A stretch of DNA of 46,093 nt from positions 1 through 46,093 of the forward strand of contig JBFMAY010000033.1 of assembly GCA_040755455.1 (NCBI GenBank). The letters are read 5' to 3'. The translations under genes and the position numbers were made by a program. Below the pieces are notes generated by a model, which was not told the origin of the DNA, did no database searches, and was given only the letters and a program-made list of their open reading frames with translations. This document shows positions 8,392-18,416 of this stretch, in pieces (within the stretch, counting starts at the first letter, position 1; every line of letters starts with the position of its first letter). This stretch comes from Thermodesulfobacteriota bacterium (GTDB lineage: Bacteria > Desulfobacterota > Desulfobulbia > Desulfobulbales > SURF-16).

Positions 8392-10509
8392 ATGTCTAAC
8401 GGTAGTTTTACATACAGTCAGGAAAACCGGCTCATCGCTATTGAATCACCGCTCGGAGCGGATGTGCTGCTGCTTGCCGGCATTCGCGGCGTGGAAGGCA
8501 TCTCCAGTCTTTTCAGTTTTGAGCTGGAACTCTTATCAGAGCGCCACAACATCAACTTTGCCAACATTGTCGGCGAGAATGTCACGCTCTCCATCTACCT
8601 TGCCGACGGCAGTCAACGCTATTTCAACGGCATCATCAGCCGCTTCTCCCATGGCCGGGGGGGCGGCGAGTCCGGCACAGATACCCGTTTCTCCTCCTAC
8701 AACGCCACCATGGTGCCATGGCTCTGGCTTCTCACCCGGACCGCCGACTCACGGATTTTTCAGAACAAGAATGCCCCGGAGATTATCGAACAGGTCTTCA
8801 GTGACCAGGGTTTTTCCGACTACAGCCTGCGCCTGCACGGCAGTTATGAACCCAGGGATTATGCCGTCCAATACCGGGAAACCGATTTCAATTTCATTTC
8901 CCGGCTGATGGAGGAAGAGGGCATCCATTACTTTTTTGAACACGAGAAGGGTAAGCATGTGCTGGTGCTGGCTGATTCTCCGGCGGATAACAAACCCTGT
9001 CCGCAACAGGCAGAAGCCAGATATGAGATAACCGGCAGCGGTCTTGAACAGGAGGATGTGCTGACGCATCTTGAGGTGACTAAGGAAATACGGGCCGGCA
9101 AATACTGTATGCGGGATTTCAATTTCAAGACCCCCGGCACGGACCTGGAGGTTTCGGTCAATTCCCGGCTGCAGCTGGGACCAGGAGAAAGGGAAATATA
9201 TGACTTTCCCGGCGACTATTCCATGCGCAACACAGGCGACCGGCTGGCCAACATCCGCATGGAGGAGGAGGAAGCGCAGATCACCTCCATCAGGGGCGGC
9301 AGCCGGTGCCGCTCCTTCAACAGCGGTTACCGTTTCCGCCTGCAGGACTATTTCCGTGATGACATGAACCAGAAGGAGTTCCTCCTTACCCGGATCATTC
9401 ATGATGTCAAGCAGGGGTCCTACGGAAGTTCCACCGCCGGCGATCAAGGCGGGATGCAGGCCTATACCAATACCTTTGAATGCATTCCCCATGAGATTCC
9501 CTTCCGGCCGTTGCGCCTTACCGCGAAACCCGTGGTGGAAGGGGTGCAGACCGCGATTGTCGTCGGCCCGTCCGGGGAGGAGATCTACACCGATGAGTTT
9601 GGCCGGGTCAAGGTGCAGTTTCACTGGGACCGGGAAGGGAAGAAGGACGAGAACAGTTCCTGCTGGATCCGGGTCAGCCAGCTCTGGGCCGGCACCGGCT
9701 GGGGGGCCATGTGGATACCCCGCATCGGCCACGAAGTGATCGTCGATTTCGTCGAAGGTGATCCGGACCGGCCGATCATCACCGGCCGCGTCTATCACGG
9801 CAGCAACATGCCCCCCTACAAGCTCCCCGCGGAAAAGACCAAGAGCACCATCAAGTCCGATTCCTCCAAGGGCGGCGGCGGTTCCAACGAGTTCCGTTTC
9901 GAGGACAAAAAAGGCGGGGAGGAGATATTTCTGCACGGACAGAAGGACTGGAATATTGTCATTGAAAACAACAAAACCCAGTCTGTAGGCGTGAACGAAG
10001 CCCTGTCCGTGGGCAACAACCGCACCAAGACGGTGGGCGTTGACCAGAGTGAAACCATCGGCGCCAATAAGACGATAATGGTGGGCGCCAATCACACGGA
10101 AACCATCGGCGCCAACATGACCCTCGCAGTTGGCAGCAATCAGACGGAAACCATCGCCATCAACTGCGCCGAGACCATCGGCGTTGCCAAGGAGTTGACC
10201 ATCGGCGGCCTTTATCAGGTTAGTGTGGGTGCGGCCATGAACGAAACCGTGGGCGCGGCCAAGGCGGTGGAGGTCGGTGCCTCCAATACCCTGCTGGTCG
10301 GCAAGGATATGTCGGTAAAGGTCGCCAAGAATTCCACCCACAATGCCAAGAAGATCTTGATCGAAGCGGATGACGAGATCACCATCAAGACCGGCAAGGC
10401 CATAATCAACATGAAGAAAAGCGGTGATATCACCATCCAGGGCAAAAAAATTACCATCAAGGGCTCGGGTGACGTGGTGATCAAGGGCAGCAAGATACTG
10501 GAGAACTGA
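8392..10509 (+). CDS. vgrG: Type VI secretion spike protein VgrG/TssI
   Basis: QYRETDFNFISRLMEEEGI, GVQTAIVVGP.GEEIYTDEFGRVKVQFHWDR, SCWIRVSQ.WAG, PRIGHEVIVDF.EGDPDRP, plus gp5-like C-terminal 8-aa repeats. Confidence 0.97.
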   Translation: MSNGSFTYSQENRLIAIESPLGADVLLLAGIRGVEGISSLFSFELELLSERHNINFANIVGENVTLSIYLADGSQRYFNGIISRFSHGRGGGESGTDTRFSSYNATMVPWLWLLTRTADSRIFQNKNAPEIIEQVFSDQGFSDYSLRLHGSYEPRDYAVQYRETDFNFISRLMEEEGIHYFFEHEKGKHVLVLADSPADNKPCPQQAEARYEITGSGLEQEDVLTHLEVTKEIRAGKYCMRDFNFKTPGTDLEVSVNSRLQLGPGEREIYDFPGDYSMRNTGDRLANIRMEEEEAQITSIRGGSRCRSFNSGYRFRLQDYFRDDMNQKEFLLTRIIHDVKQGSYGSSTAGDQGGMQAYTNTFECIPHEIPFRPLRLTAKPVVEGVQTAIVVGPSGEEIYTDEFGRVKVQFHWDREGKKDENSSCWIRVSQLWAGTGWGAMWIPRIGHEVIVDFVEGDPDRPIITGRVYHGSNMPPYKLPAEKTKSTIKSDSSKGGGGSNEFRFEDKKGGEEIFLHGQKDWNIVIENNKTQSVGVNEALSVGNNRTKTVGVDQSETIGANKTIMVGANHTETIGANMTLAVGSNQTETIAINCAETIGVAKELTIGGLYQVSVGAAMNETVGAAKAVEVGASNTLLVGKDMSVKVAKNSTHNAKKILIEADDEITIKTGKAIINMKKSGDITIQGKKITIKGSGDVVIKGSKILEN

Positions 10510-11015
10510 TGATGAGACGAATGAATGCGGAAAATATCCACCATGTTGATTTTGCCCGGCAGATCGAAGGGGTGCGCACCGGCAGGGTGACGGCTATCGA
10601 GGACGGTCGGCCCTTGGTGGACTATACCGGCAACACCCTGGGGCCGCTGGCCGCCCGTTTTGCCGGCTCCCTGGATACAGAGGTACTGCGCCGGGCGGTG
10701 GAGGACGGCAGGGAGGTGCTGTTGGCCTTTGAGAAAAACGACCCAACCTGTCCGGTGATTCTTGATATCCTCCAGGCCCGCATCCCTGAGCCGAAACCCA
10801 AGGAAGAAATTTCGTTTCCCCCTGAGGAGCTCCCCGAGCTGACCATTGACGGCAAAAAAATCGCTTTAGAGGCCCGAGAGGAGATCACCCTGCGCTGTGG
10901 CAAGGCCAGCATTACCCTCACCAAGGCCGGCAAGGTGATTATCCGGGGGGCCTACGTGCTCAATCGCTCTTCCGGTGTCAATCGCATTAAAGGGGGCTCG
11001 GTGCAAATTAATTGA
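10509..11015 (+). CDS. DUF6484-like T6SS spike-associated protein (gp5 C-terminal-like tail)
   Basis: VLLAFE..DPTCPVIL and EITLRCGKASITLTKAGKVIIRG....SGVNRIKGGSVQIN; canonical position after vgrG. Confidence 0.75.
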   Translation: MMRRMNAENIHHVDFARQIEGVRTGRVTAIEDGRPLVDYTGNTLGPLAARFAGSLDTEVLRRAVEDGREVLLAFEKNDPTCPVILDILQARIPEPKPKEEISFPPEELPELTIDGKKIALEAREEITLRCGKASITLTKAGKVIIRGAYVLNRSSGVNRIKGGSVQIN

Positions 11016-11033
11016 TTTGCGGATTTCTTAACC

Positions 11034-12068
11034 ATGTGGGCAATAGAAAATAATACGCCCTTTGCGGCGGAAAGATGCTGGGTTCGTGATAAAAACGGCG
11101 CAGAGGTCTGGTTGGTTGCCGTGCGGGGTACATTCACTATTTTCCCGGACGGGGCAATGGAAATCGCGGAAGAACAAGGCGAAGCCTGCATAGCCCCCAA
11201 ATATTACGGAGAACCCGGCCAGTCCAGTCTGCTCTACGAATCCGATCTGAATCATACGAAGCCGTGTACGGATGTTATTCTACATGGTCATGCCCATGCG
11301 CCCAATGGCAAATACGTTACCCAATTGGATGTCGCCATGCAGGTCGGCAATTCCTTCAAGAAACTGCATGTTTTTGGAGATCGCTTCTGGGACAATAGTG
11401 CATTCGGAATGCGGATGACCAGTCCGCTGCCTTTTGCGAAAATGCCCATTATTTACGAACGCGCCTTTGGAGGGTGGGACCGGAAATCCGCTGACCCAGG
11501 CAAACATGCATGGGAGTCCCGCAACCCTGTCGGAACAGGGTTTGTGGTTGATGAGAAACATCTGGAGGGAGAGAGACTGCCCAATGTGGAGTATCCGAAT
11601 GCTCTCATTTCCTCGTGGGAGCAGAGGCCATGTCCGGCCGGATTCGGCCCGGTTGCTGGTAACTGGCAGCCCCGCCTGCAATACGCCGGAACGTATGACA
11701 AGAAATGGGAGGAGGAACGCCTGCCGCTTCTCCCCGATGATTTCGATGAACGTTTTTATCAGTGTGCGCCGCCGGATCAGCAGATGTCAGGATATCTGCA
11801 GGGCGGGGAATGGGTGGGCCTCCAGAACTTGACTGCCCACGGTTTTCTCAAGTTTCAACTGCCCACCGTCACCCTCCATTTCGCAACCCAATTTGCCAGG
11901 GAAACCGTCACCCATGCCGCTGAACTGCACACGGTGATTATCGAGCCTGACCATCCCCGGCTGATCATGGTTTGGCATACCAAGCTGCCATGCCACTTTA
12001 AGGTCTTGAAGCTCGAAAGAACCATAATATCGGACAGGGGGATATCCGTGCCCTGCTGTTCAAAATGA
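11034..12068 (+). CDS. DUF2169 T6SS effector adaptor/chaperone
   Basis: ESDL..KP.TDVIL.GHAHAP, YERAFGG, RNPVGTG, PAGFGP...WQPR...AGTYD..W, DFDERFYQCAP.DQ. Confidence 0.9.
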   Translation: MWAIENNTPFAAERCWVRDKNGAEVWLVAVRGTFTIFPDGAMEIAEEQGEACIAPKYYGEPGQSSLLYESDLNHTKPCTDVILHGHAHAPNGKYVTQLDVAMQVGNSFKKLHVFGDRFWDNSAFGMRMTSPLPFAKMPIIYERAFGGWDRKSADPGKHAWESRNPVGTGFVVDEKHLEGERLPNVEYPNALISSWEQRPCPAGFGPVAGNWQPRLQYAGTYDKKWEEERLPLLPDDFDERFYQCAPPDQQMSGYLQGGEWVGLQNLTAHGFLKFQLPTVTLHFATQFARETVTHAAELHTVIIEPDHPRLIMVWHTKLPCHFKVLKLERTIISDRGISVPCCSK

Positions 12069-12081
12069 CCACTTGATATCC

Positions 12082-13146
12082 ATGCATAATCCCGTGTGCA
12101 TCGTTGGTATAGGCGCTGTAACATCAATCGGCCTCAATGCGCCTGCCACCGCGGCGGCAGCCCGCGCCGGGATCGCGAATTTCAATGACCACCCCTATAT
12201 GATCGATAGATATGGTGATCCGTATGTGTTGGCCATGGTTCCGTCACTGGAAACGGGAATCATAGGGGCGGAGCGCTATGTCCAGATGGCTTTGCCGGCA
12301 ATGCAGGAGGCCCTCAGACCATTAACAGGATTCGATAAATCTGTTTTTCAGGTGGAGGCGCAGATTGGTCTTCCTGAGGATCGGCCGGGATTTCCCGGTG
12401 ATTTACAGCGGATACTTTCTGATGAGGTGAAGAAACTCGGGTCAGAAGCGTATACCATGAGCGAGATTGCCTTTATTGTAAAAGGTCACTCAGCAGGGCT
12501 GATGGCCTTGGAAGCAGGAAGCCGGAAGATTCTGAACCACGCCTGTGAGTTTTGTCTGGTTGGTGGGGTAGACAGCTATCTCGACCCGGATACCCTGGAT
12601 TGGATCGAGGATAATGAGCAACTGCACGTTCCCTCAAATGCCTGGGGCTTTATCCCCGGAGAGGCTGCCGCATTTTGTCTCCTTTGTTCCCAGAATACTG
12701 CGGAAAAGTATAGGCTGCCAGTCAGGGCACAGTTGCTGGCAATATCAACTGCCATTGAAGAAAACAGGATCAAGACGGAAACAGTGTGTCTCGGCAAGGG
12801 TCTTACGATGTCAGTAAAAAACTGCCTGCAGGAACTGCCCGCAGATTTCCGGATCGATTATACGATCTGTGACCAGAATGGTGAGGCCTATCGGGCTGAT
12901 GAGTTTGGTTTCATGCTGGCCAGGCTGTCTGAACGTTTTGTTGATCCTTCTGATTACCTGGCACCGGCAGACTGCTGGGGGGATGTGGGGGCGGCATCGG
13001 GGCCGCTCTTTATCAATTCAGTTATTGCCGCCGCGGAAAAAGGCTACGCCAAAGGCCCCCATACCCTTCTTTGGACCAGCTCGGAAGGGGGGGAGAGAAG
13101 TGCGGCCATCATTTATGCAGAAATACGAGAAAGAGGAATGAGCTGA
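12082..13146 (+). CDS. Beta-ketoacyl-synthase-like (thiolase-fold) protein of T6SS effector clusters
   Basis: IVGIGAVTSIGL, LVGGVDSY, GFIPGEAAA, DQNGE.YRA.E, WGDVGAASG; context between DUF2169 and DUF4150. Confidence 0.8.
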   Translation: MHNPVCIVGIGAVTSIGLNAPATAAAARAGIANFNDHPYMIDRYGDPYVLAMVPSLETGIIGAERYVQMALPAMQEALRPLTGFDKSVFQVEAQIGLPEDRPGFPGDLQRILSDEVKKLGSEAYTMSEIAFIVKGHSAGLMALEAGSRKILNHACEFCLVGGVDSYLDPDTLDWIEDNEQLHVPSNAWGFIPGEAAAFCLLCSQNTAEKYRLPVRAQLLAISTAIEENRIKTETVCLGKGLTMSVKNCLQELPADFRIDYTICDQNGEAYRADEFGFMLARLSERFVDPSDYLAPADCWGDVGAASGPLFINSVIAAAEKGYAKGPHTLLWTSSEGGERSAAIIYAEIRERGMS

Positions 13147-14156
13147 TGGGTGTCACCATCCATGTAAACGGAACATCGAATTCCCTGGTGCACAAGGGGA
13201 GCATGGGGATAGCCAAATCAACTGTTCCCGATGTGTGCAAGACCCCATCGCCCGGTGGCCCGGTGCCGGTTCCTTATCCTGTCATTATCTCCATGTCGAG
13301 CGATCTGGCCAAGGGAACGAAATCAGTTAAGGCCGATGGCGGTAATTCAGCGGCGATCAAAGGGTCGGAGTTCAGCCGCTGCATGGGAGATGAGCCGGGG
13401 ACCGCGGGTGGAGTGAAGTCCAGCACCAACATGAAAGAGGCGACCTGGCTGCTTTATTCCTTTGATGTTAAACTGGAGGGGAAGAATGCCTGCCGGCTCA
13501 GTGATAAAATGATGATGAATCATGCTAATTCTGCTTGCTTAATGGGTGTGGGACAACAGCCCGTGGAAGGAGATGATTTACGAAAAGAGCTATGTAAAAT
13601 TATCAAGCAGTGCGAAAAAGAGGAAAATGCAAAAGCTCGCAATAAAGGTGGAGATCCAGAATCGGAGGCATGGTGTGACAAGAACAAGCTTAAACTCGGC
13701 GAGAAAAAATCAAAATGCGCTGAGGAAAAGATTAAAAAAAAGCAAAAAGAGGGCAAGATTGGTGAAGAAGTTAAGCCCGAACAAACTATTGAGGTGAAAG
13801 ACGACAATGGGAAAATAACAGGAAAAATTCGACCTGATGTTATTGTTGGAGATCCACCAAATTGTTCTGCTGTTTTTGATTTTAAGACGAGTTGCCCACC
13901 AAAAAAAGGAAATGATTTCGAACCAAACTTCCCAATATATAATTTTAAGATGGAGTTTCTCGGAGTTAACTCTCTGGGTAGAAAGATTTTTCAGATAGCT
14001 TTAGATAAAAATCTAAACCCAATACCATCTGACAAATTTCGAAAACCACCAAATATTCGCTATCATGGCATGAGGCAAGATCAAATTTATGAAGATGTTT
14101 GTGGGGCTGAATGTGTTGCTCTGCATCCTCAGGGGAGGGCATGTGCCGATGCCTAG
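13146..14156 (+). CDS. DUF4150 (PAAR-like) protein with C-terminal putative PD-(D/E)xK nuclease toxin
   Basis: N-terminal PDVCKTPSPGGPVPVPYP...GDEPGT.GGVKS...SFDVK.EGKNACRL.D; C-terminal IRPDVIV...VFDFKT. Start overlaps the upstream stop (TGATG). Confidence 0.85.
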   Translation: MGVTIHVNGTSNSLVHKGSMGIAKSTVPDVCKTPSPGGPVPVPYPVIISMSSDLAKGTKSVKADGGNSAAIKGSEFSRCMGDEPGTAGGVKSSTNMKEATWLLYSFDVKLEGKNACRLSDKMMMNHANSACLMGVGQQPVEGDDLRKELCKIIKQCEKEENAKARNKGGDPESEAWCDKNKLKLGEKKSKCAEEKIKKKQKEGKIGEEVKPEQTIEVKDDNGKITGKIRPDVIVGDPPNCSAVFDFKTSCPPKKGNDFEPNFPIYNFKMEFLGVNSLGRKIFQIALDKNLNPIPSDKFRKPPNIRYHGMRQDQIYEDVCGAECVALHPQGRACADA

Positions 14157-14180
14157 CCTTCGTAAGAGAAAGGAGGTGTA

Positions 14181-15098
14181 ATGGATATATCTAAGGAATG
14201 TTTAGACGTAATTGACTTAGATGGAAAACATTCGGTTCGTGAAGTGTTTGTAATCGTTTTTTATATAAGAAGAACTCATTTTGATGTTGGTCCACAAATT
14301 GAAAATGCGATTTTTGGTTTTGCCAACTTAGTTTCTTTTGAAAAGTTGAGATTTTTTGCTGATTCTGAAGGGGAATGGTTGGATTTATTGAAACAGAACC
14401 TTCCCTTGTTGTTAGATGAAGAATATGGAAGTTTTGCAGATACATTAAACGCCGATATTATCTTGCGAGGGATAGGCCAGCATCCCCCTGATTTTTATTT
14501 GCGTTATGCTGGAGATATTAGGGCAGGTGAGGATGAGATTGCTTCATATTTCTATTGCTGGGTTCCAAAAGATTATTGGCTTGAGCATAGTCAGGAAATT
14601 GTTGAATTCATAGACAAGTTAGCTGCCACTCTGCCATTTTCTTTTGGCTATGCTAGCCTTGCTATTGTCTGTGATGATCGTAGGCGTCTCCAGAAGCTGG
14701 CAAGGAGATATCAAGCAATTGATATCTCTTATCCAGGTTCAGTCAAATTAGATATAGGTGATAAAGCGGGTGGCAGTTATTGGCTTACCTACCTTGGGAA
14801 GGTACTTACAGAAACAGTAAATGGAGTGAAAGGATTACAGAAAGAGTTGCCTAAAGGAATAAGAATTGAGGAGATCGCAACAGGGAAATGCCGTTTACAG
14901 TTGGGGCCTGAACCAATTTGGGGGGATGTAAATCATCGTGAAGATTTGTCTTTATACCAAGCTTTAACAGCTTACTTCGATAATTGTCGTATATTGCATG
15001 TCCCCCAGCGAGTCATATATTTTAAAGATGATTTGGGAATGGCAGACCAACAAGCTCAAGAAGATTGGTATCGTAGGTTTCTTGAAAAAAGATTTTAA
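14181..15098 (+). CDS. Putative immunity protein, DUF3396/TsiV-like
   Basis: Directly downstream of the toxin with a strong AAGGAGG RBS; low GC; LPFSFGYASLA, YWLTYLG, LG.EP.WGDVN and C-terminal WYRRF motifs. Confidence 0.75.
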   Translation: MDISKECLDVIDLDGKHSVREVFVIVFYIRRTHFDVGPQIENAIFGFANLVSFEKLRFFADSEGEWLDLLKQNLPLLLDEEYGSFADTLNADIILRGIGQHPPDFYLRYAGDIRAGEDEIASYFYCWVPKDYWLEHSQEIVEFIDKLAATLPFSFGYASLAIVCDDRRRLQKLARRYQAIDISYPGSVKLDIGDKAGGSYWLTYLGKVLTETVNGVKGLQKELPKGIRIEEIATGKCRLQLGPEPIWGDVNHREDLSLYQALTAYFDNCRILHVPQRVIYFKDDLGMADQQAQEDWYRRFLEKRF

Positions 15099-15140
15099 CA
15101 AACCATGAAATTTATGGAGAGATTTAACAATGGAGAATAA

Positions 15141-16385
15141 TTGTCAATTTTATCTGTTATAATTGAACAACACGCCGAGGAATCGTCTTTCCTTTGGCTT
15201 CAGCGGGATGCCGCCGTGCTCCAACCTCATTACAATCTCCGCGATTTAGCACAACTTGACGACCGCATCGAAGCCCACATCGACGGCCTGCGCATTGCCG
15301 GCGAGCCGGGTTGGCAGATCTGCCGGGAGGCCCTGGCCCTGGAAGAGGCGGGGGAGGTTTTTGCCGCCGCCGTGCTGGCCTTTGAGAGTGGCCTTGAGGA
15401 GCGACTGGAACAGGTCTTTGCGGTGGCTGCCAAAAATAATGAACTCTGCCGCGTCATCATTTCCGCCTTGGGCTGGCTGGAGTGGGGGCAGGCCGAGAAA
15501 TATGTGCAGGGGCTGCTGGAGATAGATGAGCCGAAGGCCAGCCGGCTCGGCCTTGCTGCGGCTGCGGTTCACCGTCAGGATCCTGGCCGGTCGCTTGCCG
15601 CCTGCCTGGTGAGTGACGATCTGTCCCTCAGGTGCCGCGCCCTGCGGACTGCGGGCGAATTGGGCCGGACGGATCTCCTCTTTCATGTGGCTGGCGATCT
15701 TGCGGCAGAGAGTATTGACCAGCTTTTTCAGGCCGCCCGGTCAACCATGCTGCTGGGTGGAGAAGGGGCCGTGCCGGTTCTGCAAGGCATTGCCGAAGGT
15801 GACAGCGAATATTGCGAGCAGGCCTGCGCCATGGCGGTGCGAGGCATGCCGCCTGCCGAGGCCCATGACTGGTTGAAGGGCCTGGCCGGCGACAAAGAAA
15901 AACAGCGGCTGGCCGTAAATGGTGCGGGCGCTCTTGGTGATCCAATTGCCATCCCCTGGCTGCTGGAACTGATGGCGATCCCCGAACTGACCCGGCCGGC
16001 AGGCGAGGCATTCTCCATGATCACCGGCGTTGATCTGGCCTATGCCGATCTGGAGGGCCAATGGCCGGCAGGCTTTAGCGCCGGTCCCACGGAAGAGCCG
16101 GAAGATGAGGATGTAGCCATGGACCCTGATGAAAATCTCCCTTGGCCCGCGCCGGAACTCATTGCCCGCTGGTGGGATGCGCACAAGGGGGAATTCACCA
16201 GTGGCATCAGGTATCTGGTGGGCAAACCGATCAGCCCGGAACACCTGCAGCAGGTCCTGCGCACCGGTTTTCAGCGGCAGCGGGCCGCTGCCGCCATCGA
16301 GCTTGCCCTCCTGCAGCCGGGACAACCCCTGTTTGAGGTGCGGGCCCCCGGTTTCCGGCAGCAGAGACTGCTGGGCATAAAATAG
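15141..16385 (+). CDS. TIGR02270 family HEAT-repeat-like protein
   Basis: EQHAEE..FLW.QRD.....PHY.L.DL..LD.RIEAHIDGL and AGEAFSMITG.DL...DENLPWP; standard member of DUF2169/DUF4150 clusters. Confidence 0.88.
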   Translation: MSILSVIIEQHAEESSFLWLQRDAAVLQPHYNLRDLAQLDDRIEAHIDGLRIAGEPGWQICREALALEEAGEVFAAAVLAFESGLEERLEQVFAVAAKNNELCRVIISALGWLEWGQAEKYVQGLLEIDEPKASRLGLAAAAVHRQDPGRSLAACLVSDDLSLRCRALRTAGELGRTDLLFHVAGDLAAESIDQLFQAARSTMLLGGEGAVPVLQGIAEGDSEYCEQACAMAVRGMPPAEAHDWLKGLAGDKEKQRLAVNGAGALGDPIAIPWLLELMAIPELTRPAGEAFSMITGVDLAYADLEGQWPAGFSAGPTEEPEDEDVAMDPDENLPWPAPELIARWWDAHKGEFTSGIRYLVGKPISPEHLQQVLRTGFQRQRAAAAIELALLQPGQPLFEVRAPGFRQQRLLGIK

Positions 16386-16386
16386 C

Positions 16387-16575
16387 ATGAAGATTAATCT
16401 GATCGTAGGGATCACCTTTGTCGGTCTCGGGGTTGTCTTTCTCGGCTTAGCGCTGCATGACTATCTCAAGGAACGGGGCATGATGACCATCTCACGTAAT
16501 GTCTGGCTGCGTTTGGCTTTCATTTTCACCGCGGTCGGCATCGGTCTTTCGTTTTTGCATGTGCTGACCCAATAG
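16387..16575 (+). CDS. Small two-TM membrane protein, hypothetical
   Basis: Two hydrophobic segments; starts 1 nt after the previous stop. Confidence 0.55.
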   Translation: MKINLIVGITFVGLGVVFLGLALHDYLKERGMMTISRNVWLRLAFIFTAVGIGLSFLHVLTQ

Positions 16576-16699
16576 GTCATGCAGTTGAAACGGTGAAAAA
16601 ATTGCCTTTTTTGTCTTCAATTGATCAACCATGCACATTCTCTTAAAAAAAGAGCGCGCCTTACGATATGTTTTGTTCGCAATTTTCAACTTTGCCCAT

Positions 16700-16746
16700 A
16701 AAACAAATAAGGGCCAAACCCTTTGTTTCCAAAGGATTTGGCCCTG
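16700..16746 (-). terminator. Intrinsic terminator downstream of the tRNA-Leu 3' end
   Basis: AGGGCCAAA...TTTGGCCCT stem followed by a T-rich tract on the minus strand. Confidence 0.7.
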
Positions 16747-16754
16747 TTTATCGA

Positions 16755-16813
16755 TGGTGCCGAAGGCGAGACTCGAACTCGCACAACCGTAGGTTACTAC
16801 CCCCTCAAGATAG
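16755..16813 (-). tRNA. 3' fragment (59 nt) of tRNA-Leu(GAG) = att site of the integrated element; not a complete tRNA
   Basis: Minus strand CTATC-TTGAGGG-GGTAG, long variable arm, GCGAG-TTCGAGT-CTCGC, CTTCGGC-A-CCA. The 5' acceptor strand and D-arm are absent and replaced by AT-rich DNA. Confidence 0.85.
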
Positions 16814-16941
16814 ATTATATTATTTTAATTCAATATATTATATGGAATAGTCGCAATTTTGGGCGCACTTTGTTTTGTAAACCAAGCACTGATTACCAAC
16901 CGTTTCCCCAATATCTTGCACTCCCAGCCCATCATTGTAAA

Positions 16942-18102
16942 TCAGGTTGTTCTACATTGCCCCTTTGAGAGGAATTTGTTCAGCACTTTTCGATGCAAAG
17001 GGATGACATCTACCACATCATTTTCGAGATTTTCGTAAGCCATACCACTTTCTTTTCTGTTCACCTCGCAGAATTTCACATGGCAAATGTAAACTCCGAT
17101 TTCCTTGTCGCATATGCTCAATGTATTTCCTGAGGCTGAGTCAGAATCAGGCCAGAATTTTTCAGAATTGTTCAGCAAGGCATTGCCGATGGCATTGGTC
17201 GCTCGGCCGGAAAAACCGAATAAGGCCATTACGATATTTTCAGCTTCACGGATGATTATCACGATTCCCGCATCATTTTTCCCTCGTTGCCATTTAAGAA
17301 ATTGCCATTCAAAATTTTTATCCAGGTAATAGGTTCCGTGATCAATTTCTCCGCTCTTTCCCGGGGGATTGGTTGGGCTGCCGAAACAGCTTGGCACAGG
17401 GCGATCGAACTTTCGGTAGCACAGGTAGAAAGGGACTCTGGTCTCGTCGACAGGCGGAACAAAAGCTTCGCAATCAAAAAGGTCAGCCACCAGATATTCC
17501 ACCAGATAATTCACCCTCTGGCTGCCTATCATAATAATTGACCAACCATTTTTTCTGTTATTGCACATGGCTTTAAAAATGCGGCCTGCACGCTCTTTAT
17601 CCTCGTCAAATCCACCATCACCGGTATCAACCACTCCCGGAGTAAAGGTGAAAGGGACATACAGCATTTTCACGGCAGGTTTTGCGTTACGAAGGTCTGC
17701 CTCTGAAGAAAGATAATGAATTATCTTAGAGGAGACCACAGCGTCATGCCGTGATATCGAGACCGGGGGTGCGACTTGTGGTGTCGTTATCATGCTTGCC
17801 GTCAGGTGATATTCACCCAGGTAAATATGAATTCTATCCGATTGCCCGATGGCTCGCCATAACCCGGCCGGCCTGACACCCAACAAGGCTCCAGGGAGAA
17901 TTTCAGCAGGCACCCCCCTCTCAATCAGCCATACGCAAATCTTTTCCATAACTTCAAGTTTAGGACTCTGGATCTGATTTCGGAGAAACTTCCCTACAGT
18001 ATGCCGATGGAGTCCGCAATCATTTGCAATCTGGGTTTCTATGCCATACCTGTAGAGGTTATATTGTTCAAGTAGCTGTTTTAACCGCCATTCAAGCTTC
18101 AT
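16942..18102 (-). CDS. XRE/Cro-type HTH regulator with a large uncharacterised C-terminal domain
   Basis: GAGGAG RBS before MKLEWRLKQLL...IANDCGLHRHTVGKFLRN.....KLEVMEKIC (HTH_26-like); divergent from the excisionase. Confidence 0.75.
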   Translation of the reverse strand: MKLEWRLKQLLEQYNLYRYGIETQIANDCGLHRHTVGKFLRNQIQSPKLEVMEKICVWLIERGVPAEILPGALLGVRPAGLWRAIGQSDRIHIYLGEYHLTASMITTPQVAPPVSISRHDAVVSSKIIHYLSSEADLRNAKPAVKMLYVPFTFTPGVVDTGDGGFDEDKERAGRIFKAMCNNRKNGWSIIMIGSQRVNYLVEYLVADLFDCEAFVPPVDETRVPFYLCYRKFDRPVPSCFGSPTNPPGKSGEIDHGTYYLDKNFEWQFLKWQRGKNDAGIVIIIREAENIVMALFGFSGRATNAIGNALLNNSEKFWPDSDSASGNTLSICDKEIGVYICHVKFCEVNRKESGMAYENLENDVVDVIPLHRKVLNKFLSKGQCRTT

Positions 18103-18387
18103 AAGCGCACTCCTCAGATGTTCAGGGGAAAATCCAAAGAAACAATCCGCTCCAAATAAAAATTGAAAAAATTTATTATCTCCGATGAGAGAGGTTCCAT
18201 TTCTTTCGTATTTGGTGCTCTCGTGAAACATCTCCCTGTATACTTGTCCCGCCGAATGCCAAGTTGGCACAATTAATCGACAACTTTATTATCCAAAGAT
18301 GTATCTGCATAATGCCTGAAACGCCTCGAGCTGCTCTTGGGGAGCGACAGCTTTATTTTGCATAACATATTGTTATAATTATTTTAT

Positions 18388-18416
18388 TTGACATAGACTT
18401 TATGCTCATGTATGCA
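18388..18416 (+). promoter_or_regulatory. Putative sigma70 promoter for the xis-trfA operon
   Basis: TTGACA-17 nt-TATGCA in the AT-rich divergent intergenic region; palindrome ATAACATATTGTTAT just upstream. Confidence 0.45.

Noticed and set aside
12082..13146. Fatty-acid/polyketide biosynthesis role for the ketoacyl-synthase-like gene
   Set aside because: No ACP or other biosynthetic genes are present, and this family is a recurrent member of DUF2169-DUF4150 T6SS effector clusters.
16755..16850. Complete functional tRNA-Leu
   Set aside because: The 5' acceptor strand and D-arm are missing; treated as an att remnant.
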